Shown here: positions 17,638 to 25,884 of the stretch, one piece after another | Numbering within the stretch: the first letter of the stretch is position 1 | Layout: each line of letters opens with the position of its first letter | Notes under the pieces: generated by a model | Told to the model about the DNA's origin: nothing | The model's database searches: none | What the model saw: the letters and a program-made list of their open reading frames with translations, nothing else | Program-made: the position numbers and the translations under genes | DNA from: Christensenella sp. UBA6094 | GTDB taxonomy: Bacteria > Bacillota > Clostridia > Christensenellales > UBA6094 | DNA length: 64,000 nt | Direction of reading: 5' to 3' | Assembly (NCBI GenBank): GCA_002435915.1 | Contig: DIWY01000001.1 | Location: forward strand, 324,060-388,059

Positions 17638-18179
17638 AAATAAAAGCTTTGGTAAAAAGATATAGAGCATTTTTGATTACAATAGTTTTAGTAGGAATAC
17701 TGACTATAGTAAATAGCGAGATAGGCTTTAGTGCGATTAATATTTCTGCTTATACACTTAGCGAAATGCTCCTAGTTATACCGCCAATATTTATACTACT
17801 AGGACTTTTAGATGTATGGATTCCAAAAGAAACAATGATTAAGTATATGGGCGAAGGCTCAGGGTTAAAAGGCATTGTGCTATCAATAATCATTGGTTCA
17901 GCTGCAGCAGGCCCGCTATACGGGGCTTTCCCAATAGCTGCCGTATTTATGAAAAAAGGTGTAAAGTTCAGCAATATACTTATATTCATTGGCGCATGGT
18001 CAACAACAAAAATCCCAATGTTCTTGTTTGAAATGCAAGCTCTTGGTGCAAAATTTGCTATAACGAGGTTGCTAATTGATATTCCGGGTATTATCATTAT
18101 GGCATATATATTGACAAAGTCCATTTCTAAAGAAGAAATTGCAAAAATATATGAGAACGCAGAAACATTAAGTAAATAA
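17634..18179 (+). CDS. Small membrane protein, putative subunit B of a split permease
   Basis: 181 aa, multi-TM, translationally coupled to the upstream gene. Confidence 0.7.
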   Translation: MKIKALVKRYRAFLITIVLVGILTIVNSEIGFSAINISAYTLSEMLLVIPPIFILLGLLDVWIPKETMIKYMGEGSGLKGIVLSIIIGSAAAGPLYGAFPIAAVFMKKGVKFSNILIFIGAWSTTKIPMFLFEMQALGAKFAITRLLIDIPGIIIMAYILTKSISKEEIAKIYENAETLSK

Positions 18180-18203
18180 ATACTATTAAGTGAGGTAATT
18201 TTA

Positions 18204-18473
18204 ATGGCAAAAGCATGGTATCCAGTTATAGACTATGAAAAATGTATCGAGTGCGGCGCTTGCATAGAGAAATGTAAGCATGGAGTATATGATCAAAGCA
18301 AAGCACCTACTCCAGTTGTCGAAAATCCAGATAATTGTTTGTACGGCTGCCATGGCTGTGGCAACATCTGCCCATCAGGTGCAATAAGCTATGTTGGTGA
18401 AGAACCTACAAGTGGCGATTCTTGCAGTTGCAGCTGTAGCTGCGATAATGACGGAGGATACAAAGGTTGTTAA
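18204..18473 (+). CDS. 4Fe-4S dicluster ferredoxin-like protein with a C-terminal CSCSCSC cysteine-serine tail
   Basis: CIECGACIEKC and CLYGCHGCGNIC cluster motifs. The tail is SGDSCSCSCSCDNDGGYKGC. GAGG RBS. Confidence 0.8.
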   Translation: MAKAWYPVIDYEKCIECGACIEKCKHGVYDQSKAPTPVVENPDNCLYGCHGCGNICPSGAISYVGEEPTSGDSCSCSCSCDNDGGYKGC

Positions 18474-18523
18474 CAAAGTAGATAGTAACAAAACACGATT
18501 ATTAATGATTGGAGGGACTATAA

Positions 18524-18763
18524 ATGACTATTAAAATTTTAGGACCAGGATGCAAAAACTGTGTTTCACTTGCGGACAACACAAAGGAAGCTATGGCAGA
18601 GCTTGGTATAGAAGCGGAAGTAATAAAAGTAACTGACTACGCTGATATAGCGAAATACGGTATTATGTCCACACCTGGGCTTGTCGTTGATGAAAAGGTA
18701 GTATCATTTGGAAAAGTACTTAAACCAAAAGAAATAGCTAAAATACTCGAAAAATTATCTTAG
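18524..18763 (+). CDS. Thioredoxin-fold small protein (redox-active disulfide protein 2 / Thioredoxin_3 type)
   Basis: MTIKILGPGCKNC ... GIMSTPGLVVDEKVV shows the CxxC and cis-Pro pattern of the 79-aa mini-thioredoxin family. Confidence 0.8.
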   Translation: MTIKILGPGCKNCVSLADNTKEAMAELGIEAEVIKVTDYADIAKYGIMSTPGLVVDEKVVSFGKVLKPKEIAKILEKLS

Positions 18764-18776
18764 CTAATATAATTTG

Positions 18777-18806
18777 AATGGCTTTTAGAGAAATCTAAGA
18801 GCCATT
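18777..18806 (+). terminator. Terminator-like hairpin after the thioredoxin-like gene, hairpin-family member
   Basis: AATGGCTTTTAG-AGAAAT-CTAAGAGCCATT with only a weak T-run downstream. Confidence 0.55.
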
Positions 18807-18947
18807 GTTATGTTTAGGTTAATTTATTCTTACAATATTGATCTTCCTTTATATAATGGTTACAATATAGACAAAGATCAATATGTTGCCATTAAATAAC
18901 AAATAATTTATCAGAGCCGTTGTAACAAATGGCTTTTAAAAAACAAA

Positions 18948-18971
18948 GTATATGAGTAAATGCTCATATAC
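18948..18971. promoter_or_regulatory. Candidate ArsR operator: GTATATGAG-N6-CTCATATAC
   Basis: Perfect 9-bp inverted arms, 24 nt upstream of the arsR GTG at 18995. Confidence 0.6.
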
Positions 18972-18994
18972 GTATATAACAGGAGGATTGCCAA

Positions 18995-19324
18995 GTGGTT
19001 GATATTTTTAAAGCACTTTCGGATGAAACAAGACTAAGGATATTATCGCTGATTTGGAGCAGGGAAATGTGTGTCTGCGAAATTGAGAAGTGTCTTGAAC
19101 TAACTCAATCAAATGCATCACGACATCTTACAGTACTTAAAAATGCTGGAATACTTTCTAGCACTAAGCATGCGCAGTGGGCATACTACATAGTAAATAA
19201 GGAGTTCTGTGAAAATAATATGGGGCTATGCAATTATCTAGATATTAAGCTCAAAGAACTAACTACTTATCAAGCTGACATGGAGCATATGGCCAAATAT
19301 AAAACAGAAGATCTATGTAATTAG
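18995..19324 (+). CDS. arsR: ArsR-family arsenite-responsive repressor
   Basis: LSDETRLRILSLIWSREMCVCEIEKCL...QSNASRHLTVL carries the CVC As(III) site. AGGAGG lies 8 nt before the GTG. Confidence 0.85.
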   Translation: MVDIFKALSDETRLRILSLIWSREMCVCEIEKCLELTQSNASRHLTVLKNAGILSSTKHAQWAYYIVNKEFCENNMGLCNYLDIKLKELTTYQADMEHMAKYKTEDLCN

Positions 19325-19345
19325 CAATAATTAGGAGTGAATTTT

Positions 19346-20425
19346 ATGGACACAAAACAGAATACAGGTATTGGGTTTTTTCAAAAGTATTTAACAATTT
19401 GGGTGGCTTCTTGCATGGTCGTAGGAGTGCTAATTGGTAGGTTCTTGCCAGGGGTACCAGCTTTCTTAAATCAGTTTGAGTATGCGAAAGTATCGATACC
19501 TGTGGCTATATTAATCTGGGTAATGATCTACCCGATGATGATGAAAGTAAACTTTCAAAGCGTTAAAAACGTCGGTAAAAACCCAAAAGGTTTATATGTG
19601 ACATGGGTAACAAACTGGTTGATCAAACCGTTTACAATGTATGCAATAGCTGCATTTTTCTTGTATGTTGTTTTTAAAAACTTCATTACGCCAGATCTTG
19701 CTAAAGAGTATCTAGCAGGAGCAATACTTCTTGGAGCAGCGCCTTGTACAGCAATGGTTTTTGTTTGGAGCCATCTTACCAAAGGCGATCCGGCGTATAC
19801 AGTTGTGCAGGTTGCAACTAACGATTTGATTATTCTTGTTGCATTTATACCAATCGTTAAATTCTTGCTTGGTGTTAGTAACATAACAGTTCCTTGGGAT
19901 ACTTTAATCTTGTCCGTAGTATTGTTTGTCGTGATTCCACTGACCGGTGGTATACTAACCAGAATGTTCATAAGTAAGAACAAAGGAGTAGAATATTTCG
20001 AGAAGCAATTTCTACCAAAGTTTGATAACGTAACCACTGTTGGACTACTACTCACTCTGATTTTATTATTCGCTTTCCAAGGAGATGTCATCATTAACAA
20101 TCCGCTGCACATTCTTCTCATAGCTATACCTCTTACCATTCAGACATTCCTTATTTTCTTTATAGCTTACTTTACATGTAGGTGGATAAAATTGCCACAT
20201 AATATCGCGGCTCCAGCTGGAATGATTGGAGCATCCAACTTTTTTGAACTGTCAGTAGCTGTAGCAATTGCATTGTTTGGCACAACTTCACCAGCAGCAC
20301 TTGCAACCACCGTTGGTGTACTAACTGAAGTGCCAGTAATGCTTATACTTGTTAAGATTGCAAACAGTACTAAAGGCTGGTTTCCACTGCTTAAGGCTGA
20401 GAAAAATATTTTGGCGGATAATTAA
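19346..20425 (+). CDS. acr3: ACR3-family arsenite efflux permease
   Basis: ~360 aa, 10-TM. GAAPCTAMVFVW (the conserved Acr3 Cys region) and TEVPVML. AGGAG lies 8 nt before ATG 19346. Confidence 0.9.
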   Translation: MDTKQNTGIGFFQKYLTIWVASCMVVGVLIGRFLPGVPAFLNQFEYAKVSIPVAILIWVMIYPMMMKVNFQSVKNVGKNPKGLYVTWVTNWLIKPFTMYAIAAFFLYVVFKNFITPDLAKEYLAGAILLGAAPCTAMVFVWSHLTKGDPAYTVVQVATNDLIILVAFIPIVKFLLGVSNITVPWDTLILSVVLFVVIPLTGGILTRMFISKNKGVEYFEKQFLPKFDNVTTVGLLLTLILLFAFQGDVIINNPLHILLIAIPLTIQTFLIFFIAYFTCRWIKLPHNIAAPAGMIGASNFFELSVAVAIALFGTTSPAALATTVGVLTEVPVMLILVKIANSTKGWFPLLKAEKNILADN

Positions 20426-20475
20426 AAATTAGTTAGCCTAGTTACAATACCAAATATATTAAAGGAGAAATGAAA

Positions 20476-20880
20476 ATGAACAATGATAAACCAAAAGTAG
20501 CGTTTATATGCGTGCACAATTCATGTAGAAGTCAGATAGCTGAGGCTCTTGGTAAGCTATATGCAAAAGAAACATTTGAGAGCTATTCGGCAGGAACCGA
20601 GTTAAAATCTCAAATTAATCAGGATGCTGTAAGGTTAATGAAGAAGCTTTATGGCATTGATATGGAGAAGACACAGCACTCAAAGCTTCTAACAGATATT
20701 CCACCAGTCGATATTGTTATCACAATGGGATGTAATGTAGAGTGCCCTTATTTACCTTGTAAATACAAAGAAGACTGGGGACTCGATGATCCAACGGGCA
20801 AGAGTGATGAGGAGTTTATTAAGGTAATAAATGAAATAGATAAAAAAATACTTGAGCTAAAAGAAAAGCTAAAGCATTAA
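20476..20880 (+). CDS. arsC: Thioredoxin-coupled arsenate reductase (LMW-PTP type)
   Basis: VAFICVHNSCRSQIAEA is the CX5R P-loop, and MGCNVECP supplies the downstream Cys pair. ATG 20476 has better RBS spacing than ATG 20470. Confidence 0.9.
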   Translation: MNNDKPKVAFICVHNSCRSQIAEALGKLYAKETFESYSAGTELKSQINQDAVRLMKKLYGIDMEKTQHSKLLTDIPPVDIVITMGCNVECPYLPCKYKEDWGLDDPTGKSDEEFIKVINEIDKKILELKEKLKH

Positions 20881-20973
20881 ATTATTAACAAAATCGGATG
20901 GTAAAAAATAAAAGCAAGAGTATAATTAAATGTAATTAGTGTTTTATTAACATACTGAAAAGGAAGTGTAAGC

Positions 20974-21705
20974 ATGGGTAAAATTGTTGCCATTGGCGGA
21001 GGAGAACTTAAGTTAAATGAGACTATTGAGATTGATAAATTCATTGTTGAGTTTACGGACAAGTATTCACCCAACGCTTTATTCATTCCTACAGCAAGTG
21101 GAGAGCCACAGGGTTATATTGATGTATTTAACCAAGTTTATAGAGATACGCTTAATTGTAAGACTGACGTTTTGCTATTAAAAACTGACGAATTAGATGA
21201 CTGCGAAATTGAAAATAAAATACTATCTGCCGATCTTATCTATGTAGGCGGAGGCAATACTGCTATGATGATCGACATTTGGAAAAGCAAAAAAGTAGAT
21301 GTGTATTTGCGCAAGGCTTATTACAACGGTACAGTTCTTTCGGGTTTGAGTGCTGGAGCTATATGTTGGTTCACTTACGGGCACAGCGATAGCAATAAAA
21401 CTGACGATGGCACAGAATGGGAGTACATTTTAACAGGGGTATTAGGGATATTAAACGCAATAATTTGTCCTCATTATAACGAAGACGGGCGCAAAGGGTT
21501 TGATGAAATAATGAAGACGCAGACCATGCCAGGGATTGCAATAGAAAATAATTGTGCTATTGTAATAGAAGATAATGAGTTTAAAATAATTAAAAGTGAT
21601 AATACTCGAAGTGCTTATTTGCTAAAAAATGATTCAGGCATAATAACAAAGACGCTATTAAGTAACGAAAATTATCTGCCTTTAGATGTCCTATTAGAAA
21701 AATGA
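20974..21705 (+). CDS. Peptidase S51 (dipeptidase E-like) / type-1 glutamine amidotransferase-like protein
   Basis: IVAIGGG ... IYVGGGNT ... LSGLSAGAICW is the nucleophile elbow pattern of S51. Confidence 0.75.
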   Translation: MGKIVAIGGGELKLNETIEIDKFIVEFTDKYSPNALFIPTASGEPQGYIDVFNQVYRDTLNCKTDVLLLKTDELDDCEIENKILSADLIYVGGGNTAMMIDIWKSKKVDVYLRKAYYNGTVLSGLSAGAICWFTYGHSDSNKTDDGTEWEYILTGVLGILNAIICPHYNEDGRKGFDEIMKTQTMPGIAIENNCAIVIEDNEFKIIKSDNTRSAYLLKNDSGIITKTLLSNENYLPLDVLLEK

Positions 21706-21726
21706 TTTACCATGAGGAGGAAATAA

Positions 21727-22272
21727 ATGAAACTGCTAATGCATATGTGCTGTGCTCCTTGTACAGTCTATCCTGCCGAGTTGCTTAGAAACGAAGGGAT
21801 AGAACAAGAGGGTCTATTTTATAATCCTAACATACATCCGATTGAGGAATATGAGCATAGAAAACAGACTGTAGAGCAATATTCGAAGATTACTGGAATG
21901 CTCGTTCATTATATGGATGGGTTTATGCAGGAGAAGTGGGAGAAGTTTTCTGGCCTAGAGATAGAAAGATGCACAATGTGCTATACAGTTAGGTTGAATA
22001 AAGTTGCTGAGTTTGCAAAAAATTCAGGATTTGATGCATTTACTACTTCATTGCTTGTTAGCCCATATCAAAAGCATGAACTTATAAGTGAGATTGGCAA
22101 AAAAGCTGGAGATAATGCCGGGATACCGTTTTACTATCGTGATTTCCGTGACGGGTTTAGGCAAGGACAAAACCAAGCTCGAGAGATGGGGCTTTATCGC
22201 CAGAAATTTTGTGGATGTATATGCTCGTATAACGAGCGTAACGAATACCTAAAAAACAAAAAGAAAAAATAA
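21727..22272 (+). CDS. queH: Epoxyqueuosine reductase QueH (DUF208)
   Basis: MKLLMHMCCAPCTVYP at the N-terminus and FCGCICS at the C-terminus are QueH signatures. Confidence 0.85.
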   Translation: MKLLMHMCCAPCTVYPAELLRNEGIEQEGLFYNPNIHPIEEYEHRKQTVEQYSKITGMLVHYMDGFMQEKWEKFSGLEIERCTMCYTVRLNKVAEFAKNSGFDAFTTSLLVSPYQKHELISEIGKKAGDNAGIPFYYRDFRDGFRQGQNQAREMGLYRQKFCGCICSYNERNEYLKNKKKK

Positions 22273-22299
22273 AAGCTTGCCATGCAATGGCAAGCTTTT
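22271..22299. terminator. Bidirectional terminator
   Basis: AAAAGCTTGCCAT-GCA-ATGGCAAGCTTTT. Confidence 0.8.
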
Positions 22300-22317
22300 A
22301 TTTTAATTAAAATTGGA

Positions 22318-22737
22318 TCATGACCCAAATCGCATATAGACACTTCTTTCGTTAAAGCCTAACGAATCCCAAAATGCTTTGCCTACACTATTCCAACATA
22401 GTACTTCTATATCTATTGTCTCCGCTTTAAGCATTTGCATTAATTTATTGAAGGCAACTTTTCCGTAACCTTTTTGGCGATGTTCTCTGCAAATAAAAAA
22501 CTGTCTTAAGTATAATGGCGACTGTGTATTTTTAACCAATGCATAACCGATGATTTCGTTACCATCCATAAATAAATATGCATCATATTCAGAGTGGATA
22601 AATCCAAACATTCTCTCTTTTAGCTGAGAGACGTTCATTTTGTTGTCGCTTTTTTCGTCATCAATAAGTTGTTTGTTTAGAGTTGCAAGGACATCAAGAT
22701 CTGCATCACTACAATGGATTAATTCAACATCATTCAT
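22318..22737 (-). CDS. GNAT-family N-acetyltransferase
   Basis: 139 aa. FFICREHRQKGYGKVAF is the acetyl-CoA binding R/Q-x-x-G-x-G/A motif. Confidence 0.8.
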   Translation of the reverse strand: MNDVELIHCSDADLDVLATLNKQLIDDEKSDNKMNVSQLKERMFGFIHSEYDAYLFMDGNEIIGYALVKNTQSPLYLRQFFICREHRQKGYGKVAFNKLMQMLKAETIDIEVLCWNSVGKAFWDSLGFNERSVYMRFGS

Positions 22738-23094
22738 AATATTTTCTCCTAATCAAACCAAAATATTGTCAAGCTAATTACTTATGTTTATTATGGAAAT
22801 TATATCATATTCTTTAATTTTTAACACAAATAGAATCAAACGATATATATAGATTACCATGCTTCGCGATATTGTTATTTTTGATCCGAGGAATTTTTGA
22901 TTAAAATATACATAAAAGACGATGTTTTATTTTATATTGAGAAATTGTAAAATAGTAGCAATTAATGCCTGTTATATGATATAATATGTTGTGATTGGTA
23001 TAGATTTTATAATATTGTTAATATTCTGCAATGAAATTATTAATAATTGTGCAAAAATCGTCGAAATATAATGCATAAATATGTGGAGGTAAAA

Positions 23095-24090
23095 ATGTCA
23101 GAAATTTTAGCAAACGAATACCGAGGTAAAATAATAGAAAATGTTAGAAGAGGTTACGTTTGTGTTGTCGATGAGAATAAGAAAATAGTTTTCAGCGTTG
23201 GAGATCCTAGTTACTATGCTTATTATCGAGCTGCTCTAAAACCTGCTCAGCTAGTACCTGTTCTTAAAAGAAAGCTTGAAGTAAAATATAATTTCACTGA
23301 ACCACAAATTGTTATGCTAGCAAGCACTCACAATGGGGAGTATTACCATATTGAAGCGTTAGAAGATATGATGGTTAAAGCAGGGCTAATTGAGCTTGAT
23401 ATGATAATGAAGCCAACGTATCCACTTGATAGTTTTAATGCTGAGAGACTGTTGCGTGAAGGAAAACCACAAAGGAAAATATACCATAGCTGTTCGGGCA
23501 AACATATTGGACTTATGATATTAGCGAGAGAGTTCGGACCCGATTACCAAAACTATTGGCAGTTCGAACATCCAGCGCAACAAGAAATTCTAGAAAATAT
23601 TTCATTCATATGTGAAGTGCCTAAAGCAAAATTTGGCGTAGGGATTGATGGGTGTGGGGTACCAGTTCTTGCGGTACCAATCAAAAATATGGCCCTGTCG
23701 TATCTCAAAATTGCTTGTCCAGATCTAATAGAAGATTTTGAAATAAAAGAAGCTCTTGAAAAATTTACGCCTCTGGTTAACAAACATAATAAGTACATAA
23801 GCGGAACAAATCATTTATGTTCAGTGATGAATGAAGATAATAATATTATCTATGTAGATGGCGCAAACGGCATAATGAATATAGGGCTTAAGAAAGAACG
23901 GTTAGGGATTGCAATAAAGATAGAAGATGGGCATGATAGTGAAAGAATATTTGCTATTATAATTGCGCATCTTCTTGAAAAACTGAATTATGATAATAAG
24001 GCTATTATTGAAAGATTAACAGATTTGTTCCCAGAAACAACATACAATGATAATGATGTTGAAATTGGAAAAATTAAAGCAGTTTTTTAA
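23095..24090 (+). CDS. Asparaginase_II (PF06089-like) family protein
   Basis: YRAALKPAQ and HSCSGKHIGLM resemble thermolabile L-asparaginase II family motifs. GGAGG lies 5 nt before ATG 23095. Confidence 0.7.
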   Translation: MSEILANEYRGKIIENVRRGYVCVVDENKKIVFSVGDPSYYAYYRAALKPAQLVPVLKRKLEVKYNFTEPQIVMLASTHNGEYYHIEALEDMMVKAGLIELDMIMKPTYPLDSFNAERLLREGKPQRKIYHSCSGKHIGLMILAREFGPDYQNYWQFEHPAQQEILENISFICEVPKAKFGVGIDGCGVPVLAVPIKNMALSYLKIACPDLIEDFEIKEALEKFTPLVNKHNKYISGTNHLCSVMNEDNNIIYVDGANGIMNIGLKKERLGIAIKIEDGHDSERIFAIIIAHLLEKLNYDNKAIIERLTDLFPETTYNDNDVEIGKIKAVF

Positions 24091-24097
24091 TAGAAAC

Positions 24098-24126
24098 AAA
24101 AAAGGAGCAAGAGCTCCTTTTTTTTA
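24098..24126. terminator. Bidirectional terminator
   Basis: AAAAAAGGAGC-AAGA-GCTCCTTTTTT. Confidence 0.8.
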
Positions 24127-24143
24127 TTTTCAGATTTAAGCCA

Positions 24144-25016
24144 TTATCCAAGTATCTTTTTTGCATATGCTTTACCGGTTGGAGAAGTTGCAAGTCCGCC
24201 CATTGCAGTTTCCTTAATAGATACAGGCATCTCTTTGCCTATTCTGTACATTGCATCAATTACTTCATCGGGAGGGATAACACTTTCTACTCCTGCAAGA
24301 GCCATATCAGCAGCTGCTATTGAATGAGCTGCACAGAAACCGTTTCTTTTAACACACGGTACTTCAACAAGACCGGCAACAGGGTCACAAGCAAGCCCCA
24401 AAAGATTTTTCAGCGAAAGCGCAGCAGCTTGAGCTACTTGGGCTGGCGTTCCATCGAACATTTCAACAAGAGCAGCAGCGCACATGGCAGAAGCAGCTCC
24501 ACATTCGGCCTGACAGCCACCTTCGGCACCAGCTACTGTAGCATTGGTGGATATAACTAATCCAATGGCAGAAGAAGTAAACAGGGCTAGTACAGTCTTT
24601 TTTCTATCTATATTATATTCATTCATTATTGAGATAATAGCACCTGGCATTATTCCACAAGAACCAGCAGTAGGTGCGGCAACTATTCTGCCCATATTAG
24701 CATTTACTTCTGAAACGGCTATGGCAGCAGCGATAGCATTGACTATTGTTTTGCCTCCAATAGTCTTTTTTTGCGCATAAGTGTGCAAGCGTACGGCATC
24801 TCCTCCAGTTAATCCACTTGGAGATTTTGCAGTGCTATTTAAACCTTCTAAAATGCCTTGTTCCATAACAGTCAATTGCTTTTCCATTCTTGCATAACAT
24901 TCTTCTTCTGATTTTCCGCTATTTAGCGCTTCCTCTTTAAGCGTGAGTTCTCCGATTGATATGTTTTCATCCGTGGCTGCTTTAACAAGCTGATCTATCT
25001 TAGTATAATATGACAT
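24144..25016 (-). CDS. sdaAA: L-serine dehydratase, iron-sulfur-dependent, alpha subunit
   Basis: APTAGSCGIMPGA, AGAEGGCQAECG and GLACDPVAGLVEVPC are conserved SdaAA motifs. Confidence 0.9.
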   Translation of the reverse strand: MSYYTKIDQLVKAATDENISIGELTLKEEALNSGKSEEECYARMEKQLTVMEQGILEGLNSTAKSPSGLTGGDAVRLHTYAQKKTIGGKTIVNAIAAAIAVSEVNANMGRIVAAPTAGSCGIMPGAIISIMNEYNIDRKKTVLALFTSSAIGLVISTNATVAGAEGGCQAECGAASAMCAAALVEMFDGTPAQVAQAAALSLKNLLGLACDPVAGLVEVPCVKRNGFCAAHSIAAADMALAGVESVIPPDEVIDAMYRIGKEMPVSIKETAMGGLATSPTGKAYAKKILG

Positions 25017-25031
25017 GATTATCCTCCTAAA

Positions 25032-25691
25032 TCAAAGTGGCTTTATCAGCATAGTTTTTATTATGCTATCTAGCGCACTAAGCTTATTTATTGTGGCATC
25101 ATCTATGAGCTCGTCTGTTTCAAGAACCATTATAGAGTAGTCGGTTTTATCCGTTCTAAATACTTTCATTGTGCCAATGTTTATATTCTTATCTGCTAGT
25201 ATTTTTGTTACATCAGCAATTACTCCCGGTTGATTTTTATGCGGCAAAATGAGCGTTGGATTATTACCAGCAAAATCAACCGGAATTCCATCAATATTTA
25301 TTATTTTTATATTGCCGCCACCTATTGAACAGCCAGTGATTTCAATATTTTTACCACTTACGCCTGTTAAAATAAGTTTAACGGTATTTGGGTGTACATC
25401 TCCAAGATCCGTAGGCTCAAAAGAATATTCTAGCGATTTTTCTTTTGCGTACTTAAATGAATCTCTTATACGGTCATCGTCAGGGTACATGCCAAGTAGC
25501 CCTCCAATAAGAGCTTTGTCAGTACCATGCCCTTTGTATGTCTGGGCAAAAGAGCCATGCAATAGTATTTTAGCGCTAGTAACATCTTCTCCTAGTATCT
25601 GCCTTGCGACAAATGCTATTCGTGCAGCTCCTGCTGTATGAGAGCTAGAGGGACCGACCATAATTGGACCAAGTATGTCAAATACATTCAT
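25032..25691 (-). CDS. sdaAB: L-serine dehydratase, beta subunit (with ACT-like domain)
   Basis: MNVFDILGPIMVGPSSSHTAGAARI. GGAGG RBS before the ATG at 25691. Confidence 0.9.
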   Translation of the reverse strand: MNVFDILGPIMVGPSSSHTAGAARIAFVARQILGEDVTSAKILLHGSFAQTYKGHGTDKALIGGLLGMYPDDDRIRDSFKYAKEKSLEYSFEPTDLGDVHPNTVKLILTGVSGKNIEITGCSIGGGNIKIINIDGIPVDFAGNNPTLILPHKNQPGVIADVTKILADKNINIGTMKVFRTDKTDYSIMVLETDELIDDATINKLSALDSIIKTMLIKPL

Positions 25692-25884
25692 TTTCCGAAA
25701 CCTCCTAGAATTCAATTCACATTGATTTAGTGTTGTAAAGCAGTAAACAAGAGATTTTTGAATAGTTTGTCAATTTCAGTCTATCATAAAATATTCAGAA
25801 CGCAAGCACCATAAAATAGTTGACAAAGTCAAGCTAATTATTTATTCTGTGTATAAGAATTATAATGGGTAGGTGCTAATATAT

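Noticed and set aside
16336-18124. Minus-strand ORFs inside the permease genes (16336-16680, 16855-17109, 17148-17549, 17750-18124)
   Set aside because: They are antisense to hydrophobic membrane-protein genes, whose codon composition commonly produces long spurious reverse-strand frames. The plus-strand genes have RBSs and family motifs.
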